DNA from: Takakia lepidozioides
Taxonomy: Eukaryota; Plantae; Bryophyta
Reading direction: 5' to 3'
Length of the DNA: 64,000 nt
NCBI GenBank assembly: GCA_030704615.1
Contig: CM060733.1
Coordinates: 29,450,001 to 29,514,000 of the forward strand
Under the pieces are notes generated by a model that made no database searches, was not told the origin of the DNA, and saw only the letters and a list, made by a program, of their open reading frames with translations. The position numbers and the translations under genes are program-made. This document shows, piece after piece, positions 12,808-26,600 of the stretch (positions are counted from its first letter, which is position 1; each line of letters starts with the position of its first letter).

Positions 12808-12971
12808 GGTATGACGCCTCCGAAGGGAGGGTAACTTATGGTGTCTCTTCACCACAAGGGCTACTGCCTTCCAGCTGAAAGGTGGACACCTTCATGACAC
12901 ACCAGACCGTGGTTTGAACCCACAACCACATCCAACGTCGTATGTGCCCATTACCACTGGGCTACATGCTG
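12808..12971 (-). mobile_element. tRNA-derived SINE, same family as 768-900
   Basis: Reverse complement TAGCCCAGTGGTAATGG...GGTTGTGGGTTCAAACCACGG...ACCATAAGTTACCCTCCCTTCGGAGGCGTCATA followed by a T-rich run. Confidence 0.72.
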
Positions 12972-15900
12972 GTTGCAAGGGAGAAATGTTATTTGTTGGC
13001 TGTGTCCCTTCAGGGCAGAGATGTTGAAGTCAATGGAGAAAATGTGGTCTAGGGACCTTACACCATGTCGAGAGTATGATTGGTCTAAAAAAGCTTCTAA
13101 GTATAAACCACGTGGCAGCTTGTCAACATTGTTGCTTCAATGGACAGAGACTCTCGAGGTTTGAGCTTGTTTTGGAAGTATTTCTATAGGTGGATATTAT
13201 TTGGCATTAAAGGTCTTTTTTTTTTTGGTTGGTCACACATTTGGTGGGAATATCAACCTACCGCGAAGGAAAATATTTAAAAATACGGGTTGAGCCTGGT
13301 GTGGCGTGCAAATACAAAACACCCACTCAAATACATTATGGGTGGACGGATCGTCGTGAGAATCATGCACAAATATATAGTTTTCTTGGCAAATACTTAA
13401 CAATTAAGATTGTTGTCACGGTTCAGAGTCAGGGTTTTCAAAAAAAGAGAAAAAGCAGGGTCCTATGGGTTTTATTTTTTTTCCCTCAATAAAAGGTTTC
13501 TGTTGCTTTTTTTTTAAGAGAAGAAAAAGATCGTTATGAATTTTATATAGCAAAAGAAATATATATTTTGTTTTGGAATAAGAATGTTAATTACGGGATT
13601 CCTTTTACAGCACATCTCTCCCATGATTGCCAATAACTGAACTCCAGGTCAGGGATGTAACCCACTGATCTCATCCACTAGCCATCCAGCATTGGAACTT
13701 TCATCCACTAGTACCAAAAACCGTACGGTGGGTGGCTTCATAAATAGGTAGTTATCTACGAGTTGGTGGGATGACGTGTATATACGTATGTACGAAAGTA
13801 TTCATCCATCCACCCGGCATATCGACATCCATCTCGCGACTTACAGTCATACACAGACGACAAACTATCGTTCGTCCATCGTCGGGCCCGGCATTCCTGG
13901 GTTCCAATCCCGGGGCTGCACTTGTTATCGGAGCATCTGAAAATTATTTTGTTAGGAATGTCGTGCGTATCTGACAGCGCGGTGACAATCATTCTTGGGA
14001 TGCTTCGTGTTTACTCATTTATCCTGCATTCTGGTTGGCCCCTGGATAAACTATCTTATCCCCTCACACTGCTACCTTTTTTATTATTTTATTATTTTAT
14101 CTGAAATTCTTCCCAATCATTCAACGTATCTACGGAGAAAGTTGAGCCCAAAACACACACGATCATATTTCAGCAAAATTAAAAAATTAAAAATACAAAT
14201 ACATATAATTATGTATATTTGCTAATAAGATTGTACAACTTTGATGCAGGGCACCGTTCCCTTTCTCTTAAAAAACAAAACAATAAATAAAAAAAGTTAG
14301 GATTGAAAAAAACAAAACAAAAGACAAAAACTACGTTTGTCGATTGTTCTCACTCCGAGGAAGTCTCAGGTTTTTTTTGGGGGGTTTTTGTTTCTTGTTT
14401 TGTTTTTTACAAAATATTTAATTATTATCCATAGAAGGAAATCACGTTTATTATTATAATTGAGAAAGACACAGAAAATAAGGAAGAAAAGGAGAAAAAG
14501 GAAAGGGGGCCGTATTTGGAGAGAATATACTGAGGGTTGTGATAAATACGGAGGGCGAATCATGCCACATCGTTTTTTAAAGGTAAGGAAAAGTCCCAAA
14601 AAGGAGGAAATGAGGCATTTGCTGTACTGTGCAACACACAGCCAACGTAGTGAAGCCCAATTTCTTGGCTTAAACCCCGGGGTGGCGCTCAAGAATGCAA
14701 CAGCGTCCACCTCCGCAGCGATGTGTTCTTGATCAGATGAGCTCGCCGATCCTGGAAGAGGTCAAGGTAAGCTGGATGTGATCTGCAGGAATGGATCTGA
14801 GAGAAGAAAGCGGTTGTGGAGCTGCAAGAAGCAGAAGGTGGGGCAGTTGCAGGATGTGGGGAGGATGGAGAGGATGGGTGTTAGATTGCCAAGAGCAGTG
14901 TCGGTTGTTGGTGTGATGTTCCGGGGTGGATCTTGTTGTGGTAGATTCCGTGGGATGTGCACCTGAGAATCCGCTGCTCGACAAGATGGAAGCTTGAGTT
15001 GTGCAGCAGTAATTTGCAATTGAAAAGAGAAGCCTTGCGTGGTGACCGTGTTTAAGAACTCGTAGGATGCATCTAGAATTGCTGAATTTGGTGGTAGCGG
15101 GCTGCGGCTCGTTATTTTTAGTACTCCACGCAGATTGTGTGAGGTGAAGCGTAATTTGGTCTAATTGAGTGGATTGATCTGATGAAGGTATCGCATGCTG
15201 ATGCAGCCGGCCGAGAAGGCGCTCATGGCTGTAGGAGGATGGCGGGTATTGTGGCACCCAAAGTTTTTGTCATACTGTATGACATTGAGTATACTCACTT
15301 TGTTGCTTAGCAGCCTCTTCGTAAACGAGAGCTCCAGCCCTGGGGTAGGCCGTCATCTCTTCATTCTGTATGCTCCAAGTCGATGCTTTTCCCGGCCCTT
15401 TGTGACCGCCGATTCGTGCACACCAGGCATGTCATTGTCGTCTCAGAAATTTATAATCTTGTTGAAGAAATCTAGAGGAAATTCAGTGCGAGATGTAGCC
15501 AAGGTCAGAGATAGCCTAGCGACCATGGACGCGGGAACTCGTTTGTGAGACAGAGAGAGGCAGGGGATACGGATTGGGCGGAAGAATCTCCTGTTTTCCG
15601 TCTTCTTCGTTACAAGCTGAAGGGGCTCTCTTCAGTAGATTTTCTGAAATAAGACTCGAGGCTGAGGGGTATTCATGGATTGGTGCAGGGGTTCCTGATG
15701 CAAGCATTCTCTTCTGGTCTCTGCAGGGTATGAATTCTCTTAACCCGCTCTCCGTAAATGTCAAAATTTGCTAATGGGGTACGTCTGCACCACGTGGAAC
15801 CTGGCATAGCGCAGAGACAAGACTCCGACCGAAGCCAGCGTTAATAAGCCACCTCCCCTTGCGGGTACTGCCCCTGTCGGGAGTGGCCTCTGTACAATTA

Positions 15901-16486
15901 AGCATATCGTAGCTCTCTCTTTCTTCAAAGTCACCTAGTTCATTTTTCTCTCCTCTCTCCCTTCATAGCGCAACTTATGATGCAAGATCAGAAAACAAGT
16001 GTCAAGTCTGTATCAGATTGGGGGCTGGAGCAGCTGACCTCAAATGAATGATGTCGATACCCATATATCAACATTTATTCCTTGTAATTAGGATTGTCGT
16101 TGGTGGGGCACGATCCTGTTGGAATGTTGGGCTGACATGCCATACCTTGGTGGTGGAAAACTTCCATCTGCCTTCATAAGGATTGGTAACCATGGCCTTG
16201 TGGTTGCATCATAGGCAACCTCTGCAAGGCGGTAGTCCATATATCTGGCATTTGGTTTGGGAAATCATTTCTGATTCTCCCTTGGCCTCGTTGGTGCTTC
16301 GGGATTCCACTTGACGTACCTGTCTCTGTCTTGCGACACTTGAAGGAGAGATTTAGGTCTTATTCACTAGCAGTTTCCTTGTGTGTACGCTTTCTTCTCC
16401 CATAAGCTCTTTGGTCTTGCTGTTGACGTCATCAGGTTATTATTTTTGTTTCTCTGTTCACATTGTTTCTATCTGTGTCTCTCAGA

Positions 16487-19400
16487 ATGAGATGGAATAT
16501 ATTCTCCAGGATGTGCCCCCTGTGGCAACCCCAATGGCGAAAATGATGGACTGTGTCTTGCCAGAGGGGGAGTGTGCTGTAACAAGGGCACCATGTAGGC
16601 GGGGCGGGGAGGCTTTACCAAAAGGGATAATACAGGCTACCACGGACTTGCAGCTCAGACCCCTTAGTAACAAGTACGAGGAGCAGGTTGTCTTGATTGC
16701 ACCTATATCAATGCTACTCTCTTTTTTCTTTCAAGAATAGCTCTTTAGTAGCTAATGTTGCATGTTCCTCAAAGCATTGATGATTCTTCTGGTAGCCTGC
16801 CTTGTTATTGGTACCTTTGTATGTGCATGTACATTCTGGTTATCATCTCACAGCAGGTAACCCCTATGCTTTGGTAGTTATTTTGGCAGGCACTTCAGGT
16901 TAATGTTTGAACGCCACAAGCTAGTACTTGGGAAGCAGTGTTCTGGGCAGAGAGGAAAGAGGGGTGGAAGGGATGGTGCTGTCAAATTTATAAACGCTTC
17001 AGGAGCAGGCTCATCAGTGCCTTATTGACTGACATGTGGTATTTGGATACATCAGATTCAACAAAACATGCCAAAGAATTTGCTGGCGATGGCAGTAGGT
17101 ATCAAGCAAAAGAAGAATGTTGATAAAATTGTACAAAAGGTCCAGCCAACACACCATTTCCCATGTATTGCTGGCAATTATCTATTTAAGCTGACATTGG
17201 TGATGTGCATGGTTTTCTCAGTGTATTTTCATGCAAAAGTCTAGAACCTTGTTTGTCAATCTTTTCCTCCATCTTGCACTTGGCTTCGATCTACCGCCCT
17301 GACATGATGTGTTGGTATGTTCAGTTTCCGCTGAGCAATTTCACAATCATGCTGTTCCACTATGATGGAACAGCTGAAAAATGGAGTGATTTGCCTTGGA
17401 GTAGTCAGACCATTCATATTGTTGCCTTGGATCAAACGAAATGGTACTCACCATCCCTTCCATGTGGTCTCACCCACGGCCCTTGCACTGCTTACTCAGT
17501 GATCTCTGTTTTCATCACTTGAGCGAAGTCAGACAAAGGCAGGTTAGCTCTGTACCTATCGCAGACTCGGAGCCTTATCTCTCTGACAGTTGTCTGCGTG
17601 GAGGGTTCAGGTGGTTTGCAAAGCGATTTTTACACCCAGATGTTGTGGCACAGTATAACTTCATTTTCTTATGGGATGAGGATCTTGGAGTCCAAAACTT
17701 CAATCCAGGCAGGTATGACATCCCTGGCTCTTTTCTCCTTCTAGCCCAAGTAGACGAAAATGTCACGAGAATGTTGTGATTCCTTCCCATTTTCAATCTA
17801 CATCCCCAAGTGGGTAGCAATATATGATCAACATTGGGCCAGGAAAACTTACTGTACTTAGTTTGTTCTTTTCCTTGTCCAGCTATTTGGACATAATGGA
17901 AGAGGAAGGGCTGGAGGTTTCGCAACCTGCCCTTGACCCTGCTGAATCAGCTGAGATTCACCATGGGATCACAGTCCTTAACAAAAGAAGCAGAGTGCAC
18001 AGGCAAGCCAACCATTTCTTCTCTCAATCGTTGCACTGGCCAGCTGATGCTTCTTGGCTCTTGTAAAACCCCTTGACTGGTAGGGGCTCTTCTTGTGTGT
18101 CATACAATAGTCATGTGTCTCTCTGCTATCACCAACTTTATTCTGATTGCCCCCCGTCTTTACATGCCAAACCAAACTTTCTACTTGTTGCTGATATGCT
18201 GCATTTGTGTTGTTCTGTTGGATCAGACGATTTTACAAAAATCAGGGAGCACAGCGTTGTACAGACAACAGCACGGGACCTCCTTGTACAGGGTAAGAGT
18301 CTCCAATTTTGTTATTTATCCGTTTATTCAATGAGGTCCGTCAAACTCTCTCTCGACGAGTTCACAAACAGTTCAGCAAAGTAGAAGCACTCAGAGACAA
18401 CAGGAAGCCCATGCTTTTATAACTAACTTCAAAATCGCGAGCCACCTCTACAAGCCCAGCCTAGGGAGGCCAAAGGGCAAGAAGTGACAAAGATGACAAA
18501 GCGACCAAGGCCCTCCAAAGGCTCAAAAGATGAGTTCTCAGAATGTAAGAAGCCTGGCAAGCTTACAGAACTAAATTGAGCAGGTCTCCAGCCATCAAAA
18601 GCAGGGGTGGGGTGCATCCAAAGCCTCGATGTCATACTTGCAGCTGAACCCCGAAGATACACAAAGGAAAAATGATGAAAATAGCTTTGACATGAAGCTC
18701 CCATGATGACAAAATTTTGCCTAGAGACGAAAGATTGATGGATCTTCAATCCTTAAATGAGCACCCATGGTCACGAAGCCAGGCCAATGCAGATAGGTAT
18801 GAGCCAGCTAGACTACTGAAAGTTGGCAACGAAACTGAAAATGGTTCCCTGAAACTATCGTTCCTTTCGGGTTTGTAGCCTCCAAGATTCTTAATCATTT
18901 GTCCCATAAGCTCATTGTGCTTCATGTGGACATAGTTTTTGACTCACTCTAGCCTCTCTTCCCACAGTCCTCGAAGCCCCTTGTGGATGAAATAGAAAAT
19001 TTATTTTTCCCTGATTTGTCTCTTTGGGTTAAGGTGAGGTTTCATTTATTTGCAGGTGGGTGGAGGTGATGGCACCAGTTTTTTCAAAGTCTGCTTGGAG
19101 GTGTGTTTGGTACATGATTCAGGTAAACATAACATGCTGCTTGGAGTGTCTTTTGAACGTATTTGTACTCTTCATAGCTTAGGAAGACAGTCTTGTAGTG
19201 TGCCAGTAAATGCAGCATCAAATCCTGCTCAAGCAACAAGGGAAAGTAACTGGATATCCATTCAATGGATTTCTCATGGTCAATCTGAGAAGTTATGGTA
19301 TCTATGCCATGCATTACTACAGTGACACCAACAGCTGGTACAAACTTTTTATACATCAGAATTGGACTTCAAACCAGCTGAACCATGACATAGCATTAAT

Positions 19401-21508
19401 TTTTTCTGTCTCTTCATGCTGAGAGGCATGGAAGCTCAGCTGGCGAGACGTTGCAGATGAATTCGAGTTCAGCATATATATATGAGAAATATAGGCACTA
19501 GATTTGACAACTTCGAATGACTTTGCTAGCAGGGTGTGTTATACTAAACTTACTGGTTTATTTGTGGAAAATGTGATGGAGTAGAATGATCTCATTCATG
19601 GCTGGGGCATTGATATGAAGCTCGGCTACTGTGTCAAGGTAACTTTTCAGTACTCTTGTACAAATTATGTTTGTGGGTTGCAGAGTTTTGAAATTCTCAA
19701 TCCCTTTGGCGGTTGTGACTTGTCGTGTAGGCATGGACAGCATGCATCCACAGCCAAGTATTGTAAGATAGTAATGACGACAGGAAGTGAGCTTGTTAAC
19801 TTAATGGAAGGACTCAATTTTCTGTAGTCCTGCTCCATTTTGCTTGGACTGCCCTTTGGGGGGCTTTACGGTAAAATATGTCTGTTCTTTTTTTTTTTTC
19901 TTACAGACAAACACACCATCCATCTAGAGAAGAATCGCCAACCAAATATCTAATGGTGCAGAGAGAAGATATGCACATGCCACAATTCACCTCGATGGAC
20001 CTTTCTGGCATCTTGGAGATTACGGTACCTCCGGGTTGGACCTGGTTCTGGAAAATTTCTGTTTATGGGCCAGTACTGAATACACAGCCTGGCATACCAG
20101 GGTTTGCAGAGCGAAAAAGTGGGAGTGATCGATGCTGAATACATTGTGCATCAAGGCATTCCCTCTCTTGGGGGTCCTCGGAACAAAGTAAGTGCAGCTA
20201 TTGACAGCTAGTAACAGCTAGCGTGAACGGGTTCTTGGGGTCAGTGCATGCTGGGACTAACAGTGTCTGTCGAAGGCTCTCCGGCAACTTATACATTGAT
20301 CATCCAGACACATAGAGGTGGCCTGGATCACACTCGTCAATCAAATTCACGATTTTCCCATCTCATCACCACCACTGAACTTATGGCACTATGACGAGTT
20401 TTTGACCTTCAGGGTCTTGTTACTTGATAGTGTACTTGGAAGTATTTCCTATTGATTAAACTAAGTGCTAAGTCAATTTCTCTTATCGACATGGAATCAC
20501 TTCCTCTTGGAGCAGCTCTGCTGTTTAAGGGATCTTTATGCCCATCCTTTTACTTTGGATGCCTTCATTCAAAATCATTAGAGGGTGTTGCCATGACTAT
20601 AAACATTTCACATGGAGGAGTTTGCATCTTTATTATGGGTGTTATTCTGTTGTGCGATAGGTTTAACTTCCACTCCCCGTCCCTGGCATGCTCTAGTCCC
20701 TCGAGGGCTCGACTCTGGAACAAAAGCTTCTTGTTCTGGCTAGAGCCCCCCGGACTTTATTTTTGTTTCTCAATCCATCAAGGCTTCTTTTTCAGGTTTT
20801 GGAATTTCTAATCTACTCCGTTTCTTGTGGTGTTTGCAGAGTGTATCTAATTTGAGGACAGAGGTTAGCTCCCAAAACCCTCCTCGGCCATAGGCCCCTC
20901 CTCTCCCCTGGAAGATATAAATTGTTTCCTTCTCTCTCCTGTGTGCAAAAACCTTCCTGCCTCCGGTAGAATGATAAATGTGTTCAGGGCAGAGATTGAG
21001 AAGGAAGAAAGTCTTTTCTTTCACTGTCCTCCCTACAAGGAGATCCAGGGATGATACTTTTGCCTACTCCAGGGCAGCCAATCCCTTGCTGAGGTCTTTC
21101 ATGACAAGATGCTTGGCAGCATATCTGCACAAGGTTTTCTCTAAGATGAATAGTTGGTTTCAGGCTTCTTGTTGTTAAGGGCCCCACTTTCTTGTATCTG
21201 CTTTCTTGTGTGCCATAAGCTCTTTGAGCTTCCCTTGGATGTCAGAGTTTCTTTCTTCCCTTCTTTGTTCCTTTGGGCCTCTCTCTATTTCCACAGCAAC
21301 CTTAATGAAAGCCTTCCCCACTTCTTGCTTCCTGCCACATGACACACCACATGTGGGATGGATGCTACAGGTCCGAAAGCGTTCTGGAGTGGAATTACGT
21401 ATTTTTCTTCAGCGGTGGCGAAAAGCAGCCAAGGAGGATCGAGATTGGATTAACCCTTACCCGAAGTCGAGTTATGTTTCTATGGCAAGTAAAACTCGCC
21501 AGAGGTAA
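16487..21508 (+). CDS. DUF707 family protein (lysine ketoglutarate reductase trans-splicing-related), multi-exon; 5' exons unresolved, probably in 15195-15730
   Basis: Exons at about 16487-16686 (EALPKGIIQATTDLQLRPL), 17056-17139 (KNLLAMAVGIKQK), 17325-17443 (FTIMLFHYDG...QTKW), 17611-17711 (WFAKRFLHPDVV..Y.FIFLWDEDLGV), 17883-18002, 18227-18292 (GPPCTG), 19056-19122 (WVEVMAPVFS..AWRCVWYMIQ), 19585-19638 (NDLIHGWGID), 20101-20187 (VGVIDAEYIVH.GIPSLG), 21371-21508. Phases are compatible at the junctions I checked. Confidence 0.93.
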
Positions 21509-22921
21509 CATATAGGACTTTCAGCTAAAAGGGGCAATCTCTGGAAACCGAAAACCCCATTGAAGCTGGACTTAGGCCCTTACTTTGATCTTTCTTTGAG
21601 CTCATAAAAAGTAAAGATTGACGTCAGGTGGTGCCAGAGTTTCCATAGAAGGCGATGTTGCGTGCAAGTGTACAGGGACCAACCCTGCCACATCGTGTCA
21701 AAAGAGCAGGATCTGGGTCCTCCAATTCTTTTAACTTTGTGGTTGAGCAGAGCTCAATCTGCAATAAACTTAAATGGGCAAGACAAGAGCCCATGAAACC
21801 TCAGCAGCAAGCAAACATTTGGTTAGCTGCCTAGACTCCTCCCTCTATCCTCCTCCCTGTCGCGAGGGAGATTGTTATCGAGCTTTGCTGGGGCATGTTG
21901 TACATTCTTCCACCTGTCCTTGCTTCCATGTTATGCTTGAGATATATGAAGTCAAAGAGGTCATTCATATACGGGTGCCGGTAGGAATGAAGGAAGTGGC
22001 CTTCCGGGTTGGAGGCTAGGAGTACACCAATTCTTCCAGTGTAAAGTATCCGTGGATCAATCTATTATTATAAGAACATGTTGGTTTTGCTCTCTGTGTA
22101 TCTTTCAAACATCTTGAAGGAGAAGGTAGAATCTGCGAATTGATCTTATCATGGCGTCCATTAGGTTGTCCATGAGAATGTTAAGTTTGGGATTGTGGGT
22201 TTAAGTTTTCTAAAACATGGACTATCACCAACTGTCCTTGCAATTATATGTACCTTGGCTGGCATGAATCCAAGGGTTTCCCGCCATGTAAGTGTTCTTA
22301 TCATTGGTTCTTGCCATGGCTTAGTGTGTTTGCTTGAATAAAGAAACCTTGACTCTTTTAGTGGGAACACGAGCAGGGAGATCGTGACGGCCCCAATGCC
22401 TGTGCAACAACTGACCACAACTAGAGGGAGAGGAACTTCAAACAAAGGTACAAAACAAATTGTTAAGAAGATCAGGCACCGTCGCGGAGAAGATGTTCTA
22501 AGGGAGCATAGATCTAATACCAGACATCATGTAAGGTCTGAGACGAGGGAGAAAAGCTCCATACATTGATTTCTATTGAACTTTCTTGCCAATGGCGCTA
22601 ATTTCACGCCTTACAGAGTGCAACCACAGGGGACGATAAGTAAAATTGATCAAATTCTTCCGAAGACTAAAGGTTAGTTCACAGGTAAGTTCAGTGTTTA
22701 CCTCAATTTTGAATGCGAAGAGTCTAATTCCTCACCTAAGCCTTTTTTGCACTTTTTTAAGCAAAGGTTACCGATTTTTTTGGCAACATGCTGACCTACC
22801 CACAGGTATTGAAAGTTTGGTACAACCTCCCTGAAGGCTGGCCATAATAACAAAATGGCCATGGCATGTCAGGGGGGCATTCAGCATTGACCATTCTTCG
22901 GCTAGCACTTTTCATGGTCAA

Positions 22922-23370
22922 GTACACATTCTGGTTATCATCTCAGAGGCTACAGCAGGATATCTCTATGCTTTGGTAGTTATTTTGGCAGGCAGTTCAG
23001 GTTAATGAATTCCCCAAGCCAGAACTTGAGAAGCACTGTTCCGGGCAGAGAGGGAAGAGGGGTGGCAGGGATGGTGTTGTCTAATATTTAAAAGCTGTCA
23101 GGGCCTACATGTGGAATTTGGACATGTCGAATTCAATGAAACATGCCAAAGAATTTACTGGCAGTAGAAATCAAGCAAAAGAAGAATGTTGATGATATTG
23201 TACTAAAGGTCCAGCCAGCACACAGTTTCCCATGTATTACTGGCAATTATGGAGTAATCAGACCATTCATATTGTTGCCTTGTAGCAAAGGAAGTGGTAC
23301 ACACATGCTCCCTTCCACAGGGTCTCACAAGGTCCGCCATGTTTTAACACCCAAGGCCCTTGCACTATTC
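22922..23370 (+). pseudogene. Partial genomic duplicate of DUF707 intron and exon sequence
   Basis: Aligns by eye to about 16830-17470, including intron sequence (CATTCTGGTTATCATCTCA..TGCTTTGGTAGTTATTTTGGCAGGCA) and the MPKNLLA..IKQKKNVD exon, with an internal deletion. Confidence 0.88.
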
Positions 23371-23389
23371 CCCGCCACATCATGAATTG

Positions 23390-23646
23390 GCATATGCTTG
23401 TAGGCACAACCTAGCTTCCCTTATCCACCCAGACAATCTCTGCAGCTTAGGATTGATTTACTTGATTTGTCCACGCAATTTTTGTTCCCAAACAAACGTA
23501 TGCACCTGGTTACCTCAATGAAGCTGTGCCCTGGCAGCTTTCTGACACTGTCCAACATCCTTACTCTCACTTTTGCTGTCTTATCCTACATGTCAGCAAC
23601 AGATGTTAATTGCCAACACAGGAATTGCGGTGTGCTGTAGATCCCA
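23390..23646 (-). pseudogene. Decayed E1/E2/E+ tail downstream of the PPR stop
   Basis: Read-through gives KCLL*WDLQHTAIPVLAINI, then KTAKVRVRMLDSVRKLPGHSFIEV..VHTF (PG-box-like), with stops and frameshifts. Confidence 0.75.
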
Positions 23647-26600
23647 CTAGAGAAGACACTTTGCTGCACGTTCTGCGATCTCCAAGTTGCCGTGAATTCT
23701 GCAGGCGCCAAGCAAGGCCCCCCACACTGAAACACCAGGTTCGATTGGCATTTCGTTAACGAACGACTCTGCTTCATCCAATCGCCCAGCACGGCCAAGA
23801 AGGTCAACCATGCAGCCAAAATGCTCTGCTGTAGGAGTGAAGCCATGATCTTGACTCATTGAAAGAAAGTAGTGGCGGGCTTCTTCCACTAGACCCACAT
23901 GGCTACATGCACAGAGAACACAGGTGAAGGTGACAACGTTCGGCTGCAAGCCTTCCTCTTGCATTTGCTCAAATAGTTGGAGCGCATCCCTACCACACCC
24001 ATGCTGACCATATCCTGCGATCATCACATTCCATGAGACCGCATCTCGTTCAGCCATACTGGCAAACACTTGATGTGCATCCTTCAAATCCCCACATTTG
24101 GCATACAGGTTGACAAGGGTATTCTCCAAATTAGTGGACTGCGCAATTCCTGCTTTGATAATGTCAGCATGAATGTCTTTGCCCTTTTCCAGGGCTGCCA
24201 GGCTCGCACATGCATTGAGAACACAGATGAATGTGACCTGATCAGGCGTCACCCCTTCCCGTATCATTTGCTCATACATATTGAGAGCTTCCTTGCCACA
24301 CCCATGCTGAGCATTTCCTGCAATAATCGCATTCCATGAGACCACATCTCGTTCAACCATTTTGTCGAATACTTGGCGTGCATCCCTCATGCTTCCACAC
24401 TTGGCATACATGTCGACAAGGGAATTTTCCAGAAAGAGATCACGCACGATTCCAGCTTTCATGATCTCAACATGGATCTCTTTGCCCTTTTCCAGGGCTG
24501 TCAGGCTGGCACATGCATTGAGAACGCAAATGAATGTGACCTTATCGGGAGTCACCCCTTCTCGTATCATCTGCTCATACATACTGAAAGCCTCCCTAGC
24601 ACACCCATGACGAGCATTTCCTGCAATGATCGAATTCCATGAGACCACATCACGTTGAGCCATATTGTCAAACACTTGATGTGCTTTGTTTATGCTCCCA
24701 CACTTGGCATACATGTCAAGAAGGGCATTCTCCAGAATGATATCTGGAATAATGCCCACTTTGATGACGTGAGCATGGACCTCTGTGCCCTTCGCCAAGT
24801 CTGCAAGGCTAGCACATGCACTGAGAATGCAAACAAATGTCACCTTGCTCGGCATTACTCCCTCTCGTATCATTCGCTCATATGTATCGAAAGCCTCCCT
24901 ACCAAATCCATTCTGAGCATATCCTCCAATCATGGTGTTCCATGAAACAACATTACGTTGAGCCATATTGTCAAACACCTGGCGCGCAACCTTCATGCTC
25001 CTGCATTTTGCATACATGTCAGCAAGGGCAGTCTCCAGAATGACATCTGTCTCAATTCCAGCTTTGATGATGTCAGCATGGACCTGTACGCCCTTCTGCA
25101 GGGCTGCCAGGTTGGCACATGCCTTAAGAATGCAAATAAATGTGACTTTGTTGGGCATCACCCCTTCCTGTATCATTTGTTCATAGATCTCCAAAGCCTC
25201 CCTACCACACCCATGCTTGGCATATCCTGCTATCATTATGTTCCAGGTAAACATACCTCGTTCAGACATTTTGTCAAACACTTGACGTGCATCCACTACA
25301 CTTCCGCACTTGGCATACATGTTCATAAGAGTGTCAAGGAGAAAGATGTTGGGTTTGAATCCAGTTTGGATGATGTGGGTGTGCACCTGCTTTCCCTCTG
25401 CTAGACGCTGCATTTTGATGCACCCCTGCAGGAGACACACATAGGTATCCAAGTCTGCCGAAATGCCTCGTCGGTTCACAATGTGCAGAGCCTCTTTCAA
25501 TCGGCCTGCCATACATAGTGGCCTCACATCACCACATTCTGCTTGACCCTGTACCATGGCACCTAGCTTTGCTTTCACCCAAGGAGGGTTAGACCAACTG
25601 TCAATCCAAAGCACCTCCTTTGTGCGCTTATGTCTGAAGTCTGGTGATCTTGGACTTCTCTGTGAAAACCACCTGTTGGGAGATGAGCAGCAATAGATCA
25701 ACAACAGCGTCACATAGACCAGGTTACAATGGGTCACATAGACCAGGTTACAATGGCAGGATACTTTCTTACGACCTAGCGAAAAGGGGCACTTTTGCTG
25801 TGAAATTGGCATCTAATTTAATCAGCTGGAGACAACAAAGCATAAAGCATGCCAGCTTGAGTCACAAGCGCTACATCAAAGTCAATTTCATGTCCTAAAT
25901 AAGATAGCCTCACCTTATCAAACCGGTTATCCCACCACTCTGAAGGATCTGAGAAGAATTCTTGCCATAGTAGTTCGTTGCACATCGTTTCACCTGCGTG
26001 CACAAACTCCAAGACCATCATATCTCCAGATTTCGATTGTCCCCGCCTCTACTGAGAGAGCCAGTGCCTGAATTTAAATCTTCACCCCTATTAGGGTCAG
26101 TGCAAGCTTCCCCCAAAATCTCTCTTCCCCTCTCCCTCACCCCCTGCACCTCTGTTTACCAACTTTGAAAATCTTGACGCCCTGTTGGGGTCTAATTGCT
26201 GGGCAGATCACACACATCAGGATGATGCCTGTGTGAAGGGCTATGTAGAGCATATCTGTAATGCCCGAACTATTTGTCTTTACCAAGGTAAGTCACACTA
26301 CCGGAGTGAGCCCCTGACAAAGGTAGTTTCCCTTTAGTTCCGCCCAAACTGGGCGCGGGGTCTATGGCCACCAGGCTATGGCAAACAACGTCTTACGAGT
26401 ACATTCTCTATGTCTCGCTCCCTCTCACACACACGCTATTGGTGCTAGTTGCTGTCAAGGAATCGAGTCGAGAACTGGGCTACTAGCCGCATTGTCATTC
26501 ACTATGAACAAGCTTATGCAGGTCAACTGCCATACCAAGTGGGTAGATCCTAGGCCACTACGCCCTCGAGAGTTGAATCAGTTTTATCAGAGCGAAACTT

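Noticed and set aside
14733-15257. 174-aa minus-strand ORF
   Set aside because: Low-complexity antisense of the probable DUF707 5' UTR; no motif support.
20400-21330. LINE-like remnant in the last DUF707 intron (also 18380-18990)
   Set aside because: Too degenerate to assign by eye.
23647-23649. PPR TAG stop repaired by U-to-C editing
   Set aside because: This is a nuclear gene, and the downstream tail has further stops and frameshifts.
24070-25404. Several + strand ORFs with repeated sequence
   Set aside because: Antisense shadows of the 303-bp PLS triplet repeats.
25660-25812. N-terminus of the 721-aa ORF as listed (MPISQQ...)
   Set aside because: It lies inside the intron that splits the PDF motif and contains a 24-bp tandem duplication; it is open by chance.
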